DNA of 64,000 nucleotides from the human T2T-CHM13v2.0 reference genome, Homo sapiens. The notes beneath the pieces are model-generated. The model did not search any database, had not been told where the DNA came from, and saw only the letters and a list, made by a program, of their open reading frames with translations. Positions 40,420 to 54,709 of the stretch are shown piece by piece. The stretch is taken from assembly GCF_009914755.1 (NCBI RefSeq), contig NC_060929.1; one strand, 5' to 3'. Both the position numbers and the translations under genes were made by a program. How positions within the stretch are numbered: position 1 is the stretch's first letter; the number at the start of each line of letters is the position of its first letter.

Positions 40420-42765
40420 CTCCTACATCAAGTAACTGTCGACTCTCATCTTTATTGCTTGAACAGCTTCCTAACTTGTTTCCCTTTATATCCCCTTAAT
40501 CTTTGTGAATCTATTATCCATACATAGATGTGCCAAAATGATATTCTAAATACAAATCTGATTTTGTCATGTTCTTGCTTACAGCGCTTCAGTTTTTTTC
40601 CCATTATTCTAATTTTGGATTTTTAAGATTGATATATTTGTACATATTTTAGGAGTACATGTCATATTTTGATACATGTGTATAATGTATAATGATCAAA
40701 TGAGGATAATTGGAATATCCATCATCTCAAATATTTATCTTTTTTGGGGGGAATATTACAATTATTTTCTTCTGGCTATTTTGAAATATACAATAAATTA
40801 TTGTTAACTATAATTTTCCTACTGAACTACTAGATACCAGAAGGAATTCCTTCTACCTAGCTGTGTTTGTGGACCCATTAAACAGCTTCTCATCATCTTT
40901 CCTATTTCTTTCCCCTTCCCAGCCCCTGGAAACCACCATTCCACTCTCTACCTCCATTAGAGTAACTTTTCTAGATCCCACATATGAATGAGAATATGCA
41001 ATATTTGTTTTTCCATGCCTGGCTTATTTCAGTTGACAGAACAACCTCCAGTTCTATCCATGTTGCTGCAAATAACAAGATTTCATTCTTCTTTATGAGT
41101 GAATAATTTTCCATTGTGTATATATACCACATTTTATTTATCCATATATCTCTTTTTGGACACTTAGGTTGATTCTCTATCTTGGCTATTGTGAATGGTG
41201 CTACAATAAACATGAGAGTGCAGATATTTCTTTGACATGCTGGTGTTATATATATGTGTATATATATATTATATATATATCTGCTAGGTGTATATATTTT
41301 ACACATATATATACACACTTACATATACATATACATATATATCTATACTTACATACACACACACACACACACACACACTCACACACACACGCACACATTT
41401 AGCAGTAAGATTGCCAGATTGGATCATATGGTAGTTGTGTTTCTAGTTTTTTCAGGAACCTCCATACTGGTTTCCATAATGGTTGTACTGCTTTACATGC
41501 TCACCCACAGTATATGTGCATTCCCATTTCTTCACATCCTGACCAGCATTTGTTATTGTGCTTCTGATAACAGTTATTCTAACTGGGATGAGATCCTACC
41601 TTATTGTGGTTTTGATTTGTACTTCTCTGATTGTTAGTGATGTGGAGCATTTTTTCATATACCTTTTAGCAATTTGTATGTTGTTTTTTTTTGAAAAATG
41701 CCTTTTCAGGTATTTTCCCATTTTTAAATCAGATTTTTTTATACTGAGTTGAATTCGTTATATGTTCTTATTTATTCCTTGTTGAATGGATAGTTTGCAA
41801 ATATTTTCTCCCATTCAACAGGGTTTATTCTTCACACTGTTGTTTTTTCATTTGTTTGTTTTTGCTATGCAGACACTTTTTAGCCAGATGTAAATCCCAT
41901 TTGTCTATTTTTGTTTCTGTTGCCTGAGATTTTGAGGTCTTACCCATGAAATCTTTGCGCAGATTAATGCTCTGTAACATTTCTCCAGTTTCATAGTTTC
42001 AGGTCTTACATTTAAGTCTTTAATCTATTTTGAGTTGATTTATGTATATGGTGAATTATGAGAAGCTAATTTCATTCTTCTGCATATGAATATCCAGTTT
42101 CCCCAGCACCATTTATTAAGAGACCATCCTTTTTCCAGTGTGTATTCTTGACAACTTTGTCAAAATGAATTGGCTGTACATGTGTGAATTTCTAGGTCCT
42201 CTATTCTGTTCCATTAGTCTATTTTACATGTTCCTAGGATAAATTTCAAAATCCTCAGCATTCTTCCTGGTCCCTGGATGAGCTAGCCCTTGCTTCCCTC
42301 TCCAGCCTAATCATGTCTTTCCTCCTCACTCTCTTCTCCTGACCTCCTGGACTCTTTCTTCTTTGAACATACCATTAATTTTTCTTACTTGTAATGCTTC
42401 CCATTTGACTTTTCCTCTCTTTGCTTCATGCTTTCCCCAAGTCTTGGCCTGGCTAATTCCAAGTCATATTTTCCTTCTTGTCTTAAATGTCACTTGCTCA
42501 GGGAAGTCTTCCATGATTCCAAAAATTCTGTTGACAGCCTACTGTCATCTGTGCATCTGTTATAGAGGTGGTACAGTTCACCTCCAGAATGCTACAACCA
42601 CTTGCAATTAATTCTAATTAATTTTGACTAGGGGAATAGCTTACCATTTAAATGCAGACATTGTTAAAGGCAGGAAGTGTGTTTTCATCATTTACAACAG
42701 TGTCTTCAGAGCTCAGCTCAGTGCCTCCAACAAAGCAGCTGAACAAAAGAGACTTTTGAAAGAGT
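40420..42765 (+). mobile_element. L2 3' region split by an L1MA (pieces about 40420-40610 and 42230-42765)
   Basis: CAGCTTCCTAACTTG, AAATCTGATTTTGTCA; resumes TAGGATAAATTTCAAAATCCTCAGCA; AAATGTCACTTGCTCAGGGAAGTCTTCC. Confidence 0.7.
40615..42222 (-). mobile_element. L1MA4/5-like 5'-truncated element with internal (TA)/(CA) microsatellite at 41245-41397
   Basis: CTATTTTGAAATATACAATAAATTATTGTTAACTATA 3'UTR; ORF2 end in ORF 40971-41318. Confidence 0.88.
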
Positions 42766-44618
42766 GATTTTCCTCACCTCTTTCCCTTTTTGCACAGGGC
42801 TATTCTGGTTTCATAGATGCAATATCTCAAAATCTTGTTAAAATACAAATTAAACATTTGAAAATGTCTTTTTTATTCTTTGCAGTACTCTATTTCAGAG
42901 GATGTATTTGGTCTGATTTCTTGGAACATATTATCTTTTTAAAGATATGTGATTTTTTTCCCTATTTACTGGAAAGTATTAATCTCACTGATAAGGATGA
43001 ATAAATTGGAATAGAAATAAGGTTCCTCTGGGATTGGTGAGGATATCTATCTGAAATTACGGTAAATCTATTATTTTCTTTTCAACTTTCATCTGAATTG
43101 GAAACATTCACTATGTAAATTCAGAGATATGGCAGCCTGAGTGTAAAGAGAAAATGAAAGCTAGAATCGGAAAGTTTGCCTCTGCAAGGAAGAGTTCCTG
43201 TTTCATGTTTTCCCAAACCATCAGAAGCTCTGTTTTGGACCTGACACAGCTGCTCTTGTCAAAAGCCAATCTCTTCAGGTTCCCTTTTATCTTCAGAGCA
43301 AGAGGCTTGCAGCTCAGTGTGGCTTCAGCAAACTGAACCCATCCTATAAGCATCAGTGAGTTTGAAGCAGGTCCCCTGACTGCCCCACAGCTGGCTTCAC
43401 CTCTAAACTTACCCTGTTTATTAAAGATTGGACAAGCTTCCACCAGTATCTCCTTTGGTTATTTCTTATGCAGACTGTTCTTAGGCAAAGGAAACACATT
43501 TGGTTTTTTCTCTAATCTCATCTCATGTTCTCTAGATTTAGCTAAAATTTCTCATTGTTTATGACGTGGATCTCATTTCTCTTGTGCATGTTTCTCCTTG
43601 ATTTGGATCTTTTCATGAACATTTTAGAAGGAATTGCTCCCAAAGCACTAGTGTTCACTTGTTTTTTTTTTTCCTTGCTCATATCCATTTAAAATATGAT
43701 TGGCTTATGTCAATCACAATAGCCTCACTGTTTATATATGTCACAGAATATGCAAAACGGAGGTTGACACAGGTAGGGTGCTGGGAGACTGGCAACCTCA
43801 CTGTGCAGTCAAGAGGGATGAAGGCCTAAGGGAAGGGTGTTGGTGATAGAGGATGTTAATCAATTGAGCTTCTCCAGTGGACTGGACCTGAAGTAGTCAG
43901 TGGTATCCTGTGTCTTGATTCCACTTCTCCCTTTATTCCCAAACATCTGCTATGGTGTATGTCTGTCTGTGGCATCTTCTTTCTGCCTAGGACTTTGCAT
44001 TCTCTCTTCCCTAGGATAACTGACATTTTCCATCCTCTGTCAATACAAATTTATTGGTTCACCTCTTCTGCACTCTGTTGGAAGTAGACCAATTATTGCA
44101 GTTTACCCAGTAACAGAAAAAAGCACACATCTTGAGCACCAGAGAAACATTTGTACATTAGTCATTTCCTTTTACAGATTAAATCTACTTTGTAGCTTAC
44201 ATTCTCATGTGATGGGGAAACCATTTGATGACTGAGTTTAAGTGTTAACAGACTTCTCCAAAAGAACCTGATATGCAGTATGATCATTTTCTTGATACTT
44301 CAAATAGTGGCAATTTGGAGCAGTAGATCTTGCTTGTTTCTTCAGTTTGAAGGGAAAATTTAAGCAGCTTTATAGTTTTATTTTTATATAAGTCAAACCA
44401 ATATTGCTTTTGGATTATCATTTCTACTAAAATTCATAATTGTCTATAAGAAAGTGGAATGACCCTTATTTCAGATAAATCAAAGGAAATATTAGTTTGC
44501 TTTTGAATAGAATCTATTTTGCCAAAATCAATCTATAAATGCATCTGGACTTGATTAAAATAACTTCGTCTTTATTTTTTTAACTTTTTTTGTAATGGTA
44601 AATGCTAGATAAATTATT

Positions 44619-44921
44619 ATTATTATTATTATTATTATTGAGACGGAGTCTTGCTCTGTTGCCCAGGCTGGAGTGCAGTGGCATGATCTCGGTTCACTGT
44701 AACCTCTGCCACCCACGTTCAAGCAATTCTCCTGCCTCAGCCTCCTGAGTAGCTGGGACTACAGGAACCCGCCACCATGCCCAGATAATTTTTTTGTATT
44801 TTTAGTAGAGACGGGGTTTCACCGTGCTAGCCAGGATGGTCTCGATCTCCTGACCTTGTGATCTGTCCACCTCAGCCTCCCAAAGTGCTGGGATTACAGG
44901 TGTGAGCCATTGCACCCGGCC
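44619..44921 (-). mobile_element. Alu, AluSc8-like, with (TTA)n tail
   Basis: CAGGATGGTCTCGATCTCC left arm, TTCAAGCAATTCTCC right arm; TAAATTATT on both flanks. Confidence 0.92.
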
Positions 44922-45407
44922 AGTAAATTATTGTGAATTATAACTGTGTGAGAATCTATTTTATGAAATATTTTACCAGAATAAAAGTTCTAAATGTCAC
45001 ACTAATGTGTGTGCATTTGTTGCATTTGTTCAACTTTCTAAAAGGAAAAAAATTGAACATTATTGACTAATACCTAAGGTAAATATTTTCATGTCTGATC
45101 TGACTATTTAACACGTGGGAACGAGCTGATGCAATTCTGAAAGGATGCAAATAGTCTGTTTTTATATTATCCACTGAAGTTTAACAATTGTGACTCCAAA
45201 GAAGAGGGAAGAGCCAATTGCCTTTTCCTCTTTATATTTTACTTTTCATTTGTGTCATAGACACTTGGATAATCTGGGAACATGAACTAGGAGATTTCTT
45301 TTCTATTACCAATGTGAAGGTTTCTTCATCTGTGAATATGTGAATATGGAGAACTCTCACTAGGAGAGTACAGTCCAGTAAGACTTAGGCCATTTCATTC
45401 CCAAACT

Positions 45408-45655
45408 AGTAATTATTTAGTTGTTAGTATGTGTCAGGCATTTTTCTAGGTACCAACTGATGATTACCATTTCTCAGTTAACATAACACTCACAACAACC
45501 TATGAGTTAGATGCTATTTTTATCCCCATTTCAGAGATGAGGAAGCTGAGGCATGGAGAGGTTAAGAAGCTTGCCCATAGTCACTTAAGTAGTAAGTTGC
45601 AGAATGGGAACTAAAATCCTGACAGTGTGGCTTCAAGAATATAACAAACCATGGA
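45408..45655 (-). mobile_element. MIR (MIRb-like), near full length
   Basis: CTCACAACAACCTATGAG..CCCCATTTCAGAGATGAGGAAGCTGAGGCATGGAGAGGTTAAG. Confidence 0.88.
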
Positions 45656-45936
45656 ATGTTTATATAATGTCATGAGATTTTTTCAGTATACTTGATACTT
45701 TATAATATCTTTTTTATGAGGAGAATAAAGGATTACCCTTCTATGATTCAAATGGAAAATAAAACAGTTCAATAGGTGTCATCATTGTCAAACATCCTGG
45801 TTGTAAGATGATGACTTACAGAGAGAGAAACACAAACCAGATCCTATCAGAAGTAATTGGTCACAAAACAATGGGCTTCTGGAATCCTTCCTTGGTCTTT
45901 TAAAAGAGATCAACCTCAAGAGAAAACCTTATTCTC

Positions 45937-46277
45937 TGTTATGGACTGAATGTTTGTGCCCTCTCAAAATTCATGTTACTCTAACTTCCAAGGTGATGAT
46001 AATTGTAGGTGGAGCCTTTGTGAAGTAATTAGGTTTAGATTAGATGTGAGTGAGGGTGGGGCCACATGATGGGATTAGTGTCTTTGTAAGAAGAGGATGA
46101 GAGACAGACTGCTCTCTCTGCCATGTAAGGATATAGTGAAAAGACGGCTTCTAGAAACCCTGAGGAGGGCCGTTACTTCTGATCTCAGACTTCCAGCTTC
46201 CAGAACAATGAAAAATAAATGTCTGTCATAAACCACCAAATCTATGGTATTTTGTTAAAGTATCTTGGACTAAGATA
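45937..46277 (+). mobile_element. MLT1A/MLT1A0 solo LTR
   Basis: TGTTATGGACTGAATGTTTGTGCCC start, GACTTCCAGCTTCCAGAAC..AATAAATG, GACTAAGATA end. Confidence 0.88.
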
Positions 46278-48219
46278 CCTTCAGTAGTTGAGAAATCAGT
46301 GTGGCTAGAAGTACCTAGATTCTTACTTAATATTGTCCTAAATACAAAGTAAAGCCGTATCGATTAAAAAACCAAACAAATAAACAAACAAAAAACCCTG
46401 TGACTGATGCCTGTCCCGTAGAATTACGAAATTTTACTCCTTGATCTATAAGATAGACCTTTTTATAAGTCTGGGAGTCTGTGTCAGGGCAATTTTCCTG
46501 ATATTTTGTTAAGAATTCCCCTGATCACGTCGGTGACAGTGATGACACCAAAATATCATCAAAGTGTAATTTTTATACCCATTCTAATTTTTTTTTGTTT
46601 GTTTTCCAACTAAGACAAAGAAACAAACAAATAGCCTCAGACATCTGTGTCTATACCTAGGTATTTTTCTCCTCACCTGGGAATGCTTGTCTAATAGCTT
46701 CTTTCTTGTTATGGCAGAAAGAATCCCTGCGAAGTGGCAATGAACCCATGTCACATACACAGTTGGACCAAATTTTACTCTTAATCAATTGTCTTAGCCA
46801 CGTTATGGTTTTTTATCTAATTGTTTATTCGTAGGATGAGCTAATACCTTGCAACCAAGCAAATTTTTATGGCTCTCTATATAATTTCTGAACAAATAGA
46901 GTGTATAATGGAAATGAAAGTGCTGACATTGTGCTTTCTATAATGGCATGAGTGGACTCAGTATTACAAAGTGCTCTTTTATTGCATCTTTCCACCAGGC
47001 CATTTATATGAAGCATGGATTGAGATGTAATTTAGAAGTGTGATATTAGGACTTGAACCCAGTATGAAAACCATCCAACAAATAGACAAATGTAAATGAT
47101 CCAGAAACAGAAAACAACGGACTCACCAAGGCCTCTGATAATTTAAACGTAGCTATTAGAGTCTTTCTGAGTGTGTTCTAAATCAGGCTTTGAATAAATG
47201 CTTTTTTATACACTTAGACCCAAATCACTTTACACTTAAAATATTAAGATAGATGAGACCAAGTTCTTTTCTGCTTGAATAAAAAAAAATCCTGAAGTCA
47301 TTGTAAATTTGTTTTTAAAAAATAGAGACCCATTTTTCTGTGTACGCTTGTAAGGTAAGTATTTCATAGGAACTGAAATTTAAGGAACAATATTATTGAT
47401 TCTGTTTATCGTTTCTATAATTTAACCTGAATCATTTGTCCTTTATTTCAAGAAAAAGAAAAATAGGAAAGTAAAAAAGTAAGTTAACTAGTAAGTAAAA
47501 GAAGCAAGAACAAATGAATAAGGCCATTTCTTTCTTTGTCATTATTTACTAAATATTGCCAAAGAGGTTACAGCAGACATTGGGTGGCTGATGAGGAGGG
47601 TTGATTCTAAAATCCTACACGTTGATAAATTCGGCAAATCTCATTGGATCAATATTCTAAAGGAAAGGAAGGGAGTGAGTTAGTAGCTGTTTATTTCATC
47701 TTATTTAATGTGTCTGCTCTTTCGTCATCTTTTTCTTTTTCTCTTCTCTTTCCCAATCCTCCAATTCCTCAGCCTCACTCAATACAAAAATGAGAATTAG
47801 TCACGGAGATAAGATTAGTCTGAAAATATTTGAAGTATTTATTTAATTAAAGAATGGATAAGTGCAAGAAAGAGAATAATAAGCTGAACTGGGGAAAATT
47901 GTTTTGCAACTGTCTAAAGGACCTTAATGTGTTAATTCGGTGTTTGTGGGCATTAGCTTATACTGGAATTTTAAGAATTCAAAGAAGTACAATTTTTTGG
48001 TTGTTATTCCTCCTATTTGAGCACTTCTTTCACCTAAAGTTTCTTCTCTCCTGTCTCATAAGCTTTCAAGTGCTTTTTTGCTGCTTTTAGGTTATTTGAA
48101 TTCTTCCATTCTATATAAGTTTACATACTTCCCCTTATGTTTTATTTTCTTCCTCCTCTAACTAATCAAAATTTCAAACAAATGGTGATAACTCAGTTAA
48201 CTGCAGCTCTGATTAATAT

Positions 48220-48292
48220 AATTCACACTAAATCTTATAATCTTATGATAAATAAGATTGTAAATTCACACTAAATCTTATAATAAATAAGA
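48220..48292. repeat. Two-copy tandem duplication, period 43 bp
   Basis: AATTCACACTAAATCTTATAAT..AAATAAGA twice. Confidence 0.85.
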
Positions 48293-48469
48293 ACCAAGTT
48301 CTCACAGGGCTTTTTGCATTTTTAAAATAAATATTGTCTTTCCAAATGATTCTGGAAATGGAAAAATATTTCAGTAGAACACTTTTTGCATTCTTGGTCT
48401 ATGCTAGCCACCATCTCATTTGCATACTCTCAAATATTTCATTTAGTCAATATCTTTAGCATAGATGGA

Positions 48470-48900
48470 ATAATGAAAGAGCATGGACATTGGAATTGAG
48501 ACCCAGCCTCAAATACCAGCTCTACCACCAATTAGCTCAGTGGCCTTGAACAAGTTAGAAAACATTGATAAGCTTTTGAGCCTTCTATGAGAAGTTTGTA
48601 ACAGTTTACTCCTGAGAATGATATGGGATAGTATATATAAAGCACCTAGAAAAATACCTTGCACCTTGCAGGCACTTGATAGCTATGGTATCTATTGAGT
48701 AAATGATTTGTATTTAATAGGATCACAAAATACTTAGGTAGGAACATACTCAAGAGATAATTGAGTGCATCTTCCTTATTTACAGATGAGAAAGCTGGGA
48801 CTCAGAGAAGTCAAGTGTCTTACTAAAGGCAAATAAATAATTAGAAATGGGGTTAGAATCTATGGCTAATCTGTGGTTTAATTATTGTTCTTTATATTAT
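48470..48900. mobile_element. Two opposed MIR fragments (+ about 48470-48700; - about 48720-48900)
   Basis: GAAAGAGCATGGAC..GGCCTTGAACAAGTTA and TTTACAGATGAGAAAGCTGGGACTCAGAGAAG. Confidence 0.7.
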
Positions 48901-49606
48901 TTTATACACTTGCCCCTCCAAGCCGTGCACCATTCTTAATTTTGCTGGCTTTTTACTGTGCCAGTCCACCCACACACTAAGAGAAATCACCATTTTCTTT
49001 GTCATTATTTTTTTTTGTCTGGAAGAGAAATATTCTTTTGCCTTTTTCTTATTTCATAATGATGGCCTATGAAAGTAACTGGCCTATTTTTCACAGGGTA
49101 CTTTCTTCCGCCTTCTGTGTTTTTTCTAACAATAGTAGTTTCATAGCCTCTACTTTAGATCTGCCACATTTGATTCATTTTCTGAAATATTAATTTTCCC
49201 TCAGACAATTGGTTGGTTCTTCGTTCTGCTGCCTGTAATATCTTCTAACAGGAGATTTAGTTGAAATGATCCTCCTCCTTACAATATTATATTTTCTAGA
49301 TTTTTCCTAGCTCAGGATTTAATACTACATATACATTTCATGGTAATGTGAAATTATTTCCATTGTACCTTAAAATGATTTTAAAACACATTACAGATTT
49401 AATTCCTTCTCACAGACAGACTCTACTTCCAAATTTTTCTACCTCACTGCAAAATAGGGGGGTGGCAGTGGGGGACTTGGGGGAGAGGTGAAGGAGTTTA
49501 CATTGTCCTGCAAAAAGGACATACTTAGGTCAAAACAGTCAGGAGGAACAGTGCTCAGTTTCTGAATTTCCACTTCTCTGATTATCCAATCTATGTTTTT
49601 CTCAAG

Positions 49607-49716
49607 AGTTCTGCTAAATGTCTGTGCTGCTAGACAAAAATCCCATATAATATATGTAAATAGCTCTGCTAAATGTCTACACTGCTAGACAAAAATCCCA
49701 TATAATGTATGTAATT
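49607..49716. repeat. Two-copy tandem duplication, period 55 bp
   Basis: TCTGCTAAATGTCT...CTGCTAGACAAAAATCCCATATAAT.TATGTAA twice. Confidence 0.92.
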
Positions 49717-49739
49717 ACTTAAACTTGTATAAATTATGA

Positions 49740-50340
49740 AATATTTTAAAAATCTATAAAATGTATATTTTGGTTTTTAATTTTACAAAATAAAACTTCA
49801 GAGATACTGAAGCCCCACCCAATCTTTTTTTTTTTTTCCTCTCAGAGCAACCATTAACCTGGAGTTTGCCCTTATTAGTTTAATTCATGTTTTTACAAAG
49901 GAAATACATACAAATATACATATGAACCATAAATAGCACTGCTGTATGTTTTAGATAAATCATAATATCCTATTGTAGGTGTCTTTTTTTATAACTTTTT
50001 CTTTTCAACATTTTATGTTTGAATTATGTATTAAAAGTGGATTTCCACTTCACAAATTTTAACTGCTAAAAAGGGTTTCATTTTATGACTATGATGACTA
50101 AGCCAGAGTTTATCACACTCCATATTTGGGCTAAAATCAATCATGCAATGTGAACATTTCTAGATGCTTCTTTTTGCACTTACGGTAGAACATCTTTAGG
50201 GTGACTACCTAAAAAAATTATATTTGATTTCACAGTGGCTTACCCTTGCACCATCATATAAAAAATTTCCATTTTATTTATCTCCTTGATAAGTGTGTGG
50301 TGCTAGTTTTTAATTTTAATTTGCTGTTTTAAAAGATAAT
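49740..50340 (-). mobile_element. L1ME-type 3' relic
   Basis: CCTCTCAGAGCAACCATTAACCTGGAGTTTG, CTTTTCAACATT, TTTTAATTTGC. Confidence 0.55.
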
Positions 50341-50364
50341 TTAAAAATTGATATCAGTTTTTTT

Positions 50365-50660
50365 AACCTTAGATATAGAAGGCGTTTTCAAGCCTAGAAG
50401 CAATAACACCCTAAAATAATGAGAACATCTATCTCCTAGATCTTGGTTTCCAAATAAAATTCCTTATTCAAAGTAACCAAAGTGCCTAGGAAAAGTGACT
50501 GATTCTAGGAATGGTTCAGGGAAAGTTTGAAATGGGCCAGGAATGTCTTATTTTTCCAGAAATTACTCAAGAAAGAAAAAGAAAAAAGAGCACAGGAGCC
50601 AGTTTAATGAGACTTCCATTAACCAAATCTGTAAAACTTTAAGCATCAAAAATGAATAAC
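50365..50660 (+). mobile_element. L1MC3/4-like 3'UTR, left part
   Basis: GCCTAGAAGCAATAACACC..GATCTTGGTTTCCAAATA..TGACTGATTCTAGG..AGCATCAAAA. Confidence 0.75.
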
Positions 50661-53600
50661 TATGAAACAAAAAACTTCTTTGAAAAGATTAACAAAATTG
50701 ATTAGCCTCCAGCTAAGCTAGCTAACATAGAAAAGAGAGATGACACAAATGACTATATCAGAAATGAAAGAGAAGACATAACTTACATGATCACATGTAC
50801 ATTGAAAGGATAATAAAGGAACACTATAAACATCTCTATGCCCACAAATTTCATAATTTAGATGAAATGAACCAATTCCCTGAAAGAAACAATATGCCAA
50901 AATTCACACAAGAAGAAATAGACACTCTATACAGGCCTATATCTATTACAAAACTTGAATCAATAATAAATGCCCTTTCAAAACAGAAAGGAACATGCCC
51001 AATGGGTTCACTGGTTAATTCCAGCAAAAAGTGAGAAAAAAAGTATACCAGTACTCTACAATCTCTTTCAGAAGAGAGAAGCAGGCATAATACTTCCTAA
51101 CTTATTCTATGAGACCAGCATTACCCTAAGATAAAAGCAGACGAAGTCATTACAGCAAAATAAAACTTACAGGCCAATATTTCTCATGAACATAGATGCA
51201 GAAATCCTCAACAAAATATTAGCAAATTGAATCCAACAATGTAGAAAAAGAATTATACACAACAGCTAAGTGGAATTTGTCCCAAGTATGCATTCAAGGC
51301 TAGCTCAAATTCAAAAAATCAATTAATGTAATCCACAATATCAACAAGCTAAAGAAAAAACACACAATCATATAAATGCATACAGAAAAAAATTTGAAAA
51401 AAAAAAATTGAACACCTATTCGTAATGAAAACAGAAACTAAGAATAGAGGGGAATATTCTCAACTAGATCAAGAGTATCTACAAATATCGTACAGCTGAC
51501 ATTATACTTAATGGTGACAAACTCAAAACTTTCTCACTAATAGGAAAAAGAGAAGGTTACCTCCTCTCATTACTGCTTTTGAACATCATACTGGAATTCT
51601 AATGCAATAAGAAAAAGGAAATAACAGATGTACTAATTGGAAAAGAAGTAATACTGCTTGTTCACAGATAGCATGACTGTCTATGTATAAAATCTGAAAG
51701 AATTGACAAAAAACTCCTGGAACTAATAAATGATTATAGGAAGATTATAGATTACAGGATACAAGGTTAACATACAAAAGTCAAACACTTTCCTATTTAC
51801 TAGCAATAAACAAGTGGAATTTGAAATATAAGAACACAATGCCATTTATACTTATCAGCCCCCAAAATGAAATACTTAGGTATAAATATATCAAATTATG
51901 TATAATAACTATTTGAGGAAAACTACAAAACTGCGACTAAATCAAATAACTAATAAATTGAGAAATATTTCCTGTTCATAGATGGAAAGATTTCATATTG
52001 TTAAGATGTCAGTTCTTTCCAACTTGGTCTACGAATTCAATGCAATTCCGAGAAAATCCCAGAAAGTTACTTTGTACGTATCAACAGACTGATTATAAAG
52101 TTTATAAGGTGGGTAAAAGACCCAAAATAGCCAACACAATATAAAGGAAGAACAAAGTTGAATGTCTGGCTGTATTGATTTCAAGACTTACTATTAAAGT
52201 CATAGTTATCAAGACAGTGTGGTATTGGCAAAAGAATAGACAAATGGATCAATGGAGCATGATGGATATTCCAGAAATAGAGCCACATAATTAAAGTCAA
52301 CCAATCACTGACAAAGTAATAAAGGCAATTACAACAGAGTTAAAATATATTTTTCAACTAATGCTGCTAGAATAACTATACATACACGTGCAAAAAAATT
52401 AATCTAGACACAGGTCTTACACCTTTCCCAAAAATTAACTCAAAATGGATCATGGACCTAAATGTAAAATGCAAACTGTAGAAGTCCTGGAAGATAACAT
52501 AGAAAATCTAGATGACCTTAATTTGGTAATGACTTTTTAGATATGACAACAAAGGTATGATCATGAAAAAAATAATAAACTGATCTTCATTAAAATTATA
52601 AATTTCTCCTCTGTGACACTGTCAGGAAAAATGCAAAACAAGTCATATACCAGAAGAAAATATTTGCAATCAAGCCATGAAAGGTACTGGAGGAAATTTA
52701 AATGTGCATAACTAAGTGAAAAAGGCCAATCTGAAAAGGTGACAAACCCTATGATGTCAACTATATGACATTCTGGAAAAGGCGATACTAAAAATATCAG
52801 TGGTTGCCAGCATTTAGGAGGGAGGGTGAGATAAACAGAGCACAGAATATTTTTGTTTGTTTTCTTCAACAGTTCAGTGATACATGTGCAGGATGTGTAG
52901 GTTTGTTACATAGGTAAATGTGTACCATGGTGGTTTGTTGCACAGATAATCCCATCACCTAGGTATTAAGCCCAGCATCCATTAGCTATTCCTCCTGATG
53001 CTCTCCCTCCTTCAAGCCTCCCAACAGGCCCCAGTCTGTGTTGTTCCCCTCAATGTGTCCATGTCTTCTCATTGTTCAGCTCCCACTTATAAGTGAGAAC
53101 ATGTGGTGTCTGGTTTTCTGTTCTTATGTTAGTTTGCTGAGAATGATGGCTTCCAGCTCCATCCATGTCCTTGCAAAGGACATGATCTTGTTCCTTTTTA
53201 TGGCTGCATAGTATTTCATGGTGTATATGTACCACATTTTCTTTATCCAGTTAATTATTGTTGGACATTTGGTTTATTCTCTGTCTTTGCTATTGTAAAT
53301 AGTGCTCCAATGAACATAGGCATGCATGTATCTTTATAATAGAATTATTTATATTCCTTTGGGTATATACCCAATAATGGGATTGCTGGGTCAAATGGTA
53401 TTCCTGCCTTTGAGGAATCACCACGGTCTTCCATAATGGTTGAGCTAATTTACACTCCCATCAACAGTGTGAAGAATTCTTTTTTCTCTGCAACTTGCCA
53501 GCATCTGTTGTATTTTTACTTTTTAATAGTAGCCATTCTGACTGGCATGAGATGGTATCTCACTGTGGTTTTGATTTGCATTTCTCTAGTGATCAGTGAT

Positions 53601-54665
53601 GTTGAGCTTTTTTTCATATGTTTGTTGACAGCATGTATGTATTCTTTGAAGAAGTGTCGGTTCATGTCCTTTGTCTACTTTTTAATGGAGTTGTTAGTTT
53701 TGTTCTTGTAAATTTGTTTAAGTTCCTACCTGTAGCCTCTGGATATTAGACTTTGTCAGATGGATAGTTTGAAAAAATTTTCTCCCATTCTGCAGGTTGT
53801 CTTGTTCACTCTGATGATAGTTTCTTTTTTTGTGCTGCTCTTCAGTTTAATTAGATCCCATTTGTCAATTTTTGCTTTTGTTGTAATTGCTTTTGGTGTT
53901 TTTGTCATGGTATCATTTAGATTTTCTTCTATATTTTTCATAGTTTTGGGTATTACATTTAAGTCTTTAATCCATCCTGAGTTAATTTTTTTAGATGGTG
54001 CAGGGAAGGGATCCAGTTTCAATTTTCTGCATATGGCTAGTCAGTTCTCCTAGCACCTATTAAATAGAGAATCCTTTCCCCATTGCTTGTTTTTGTCAGG
54101 TTTGTCAAAGATCAGATGATTGTATGTGTGGTCTTGTTTCTAAGTACTCTATTCTGTTCCATTGGTCTCTGTGTCTGTTCTTGTACCAGTACCATGCAGT
54201 TTTGGTTATTGTAGCCTTGTAGTATAGTTTGAAGTCAGGGAGTGTGATGCCTCCAACTTTGTTCTTTTTGCTTAGGATTGTCTTGGCTATTTGGGCTCTT
54301 TTTTTTGTTCCATATGAATTTTAAAATAGTTTTCTCTACTTCTGAGCAGTGATTTTAAGGGCAGTGAAATTACTCTTTATGACACTGTAATGGTAGATAC
54401 ATGTCATTACAAATTTTTTGAAATCCATATAACATACAACACCAAGAGTGAACCATAATGTAAAACTACGGACTCTGGGTGATAATGATATATCAGTGCG
54501 GGTTCTTCAATTCTAACAAATGTATTTGGTGGTGGAGGGATGTTGATAATGGGAAGGCTATGAATACATGGAGGCAGGAAGTTTACAGGAAATCTCTGTA
54601 CTTTCCACTCTGTTTTGCTGTGACTCCAAGACTGCTCTATTAAAAAAAAATAAGAAAAAATAAAT
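50661..54665 (+). mobile_element. L1MC1-like element (ORF2 plus 3'UTR), internally deleted and split by an L1PA
   Basis: Degenerate ORF2 (CCAATATTTCTCATGAACATAGATGCAG = PISLMNIDA); 3'UTR CCAAGAGTGAACC..TGTAAAACTACGGACT; A tail at about 54642-54664. Confidence 0.85.
52851..54344 (-). mobile_element. 5'-truncated L1PA8-PA11-like (about L1PA10) element
   Basis: CCCATCACCTAGGTATTAAGCCCAGCATCCATTAGCTATT 3'UTR; degenerate TSD GAGCA..ATTTT at both ends. Confidence 0.9.
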
Positions 54666-54709
54666 CTAAGTATCTAAAAATCTAATTTTGCAACTGTAAA
54701 AAAAGAGAA

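Noticed and set aside
43111-43443. 110-aa ORF in a locally GC-richer patch
   Set aside because: Non-ATG start and no recognisable domain; context suggests an old L1/HAL1 5' region, which I cannot confirm.
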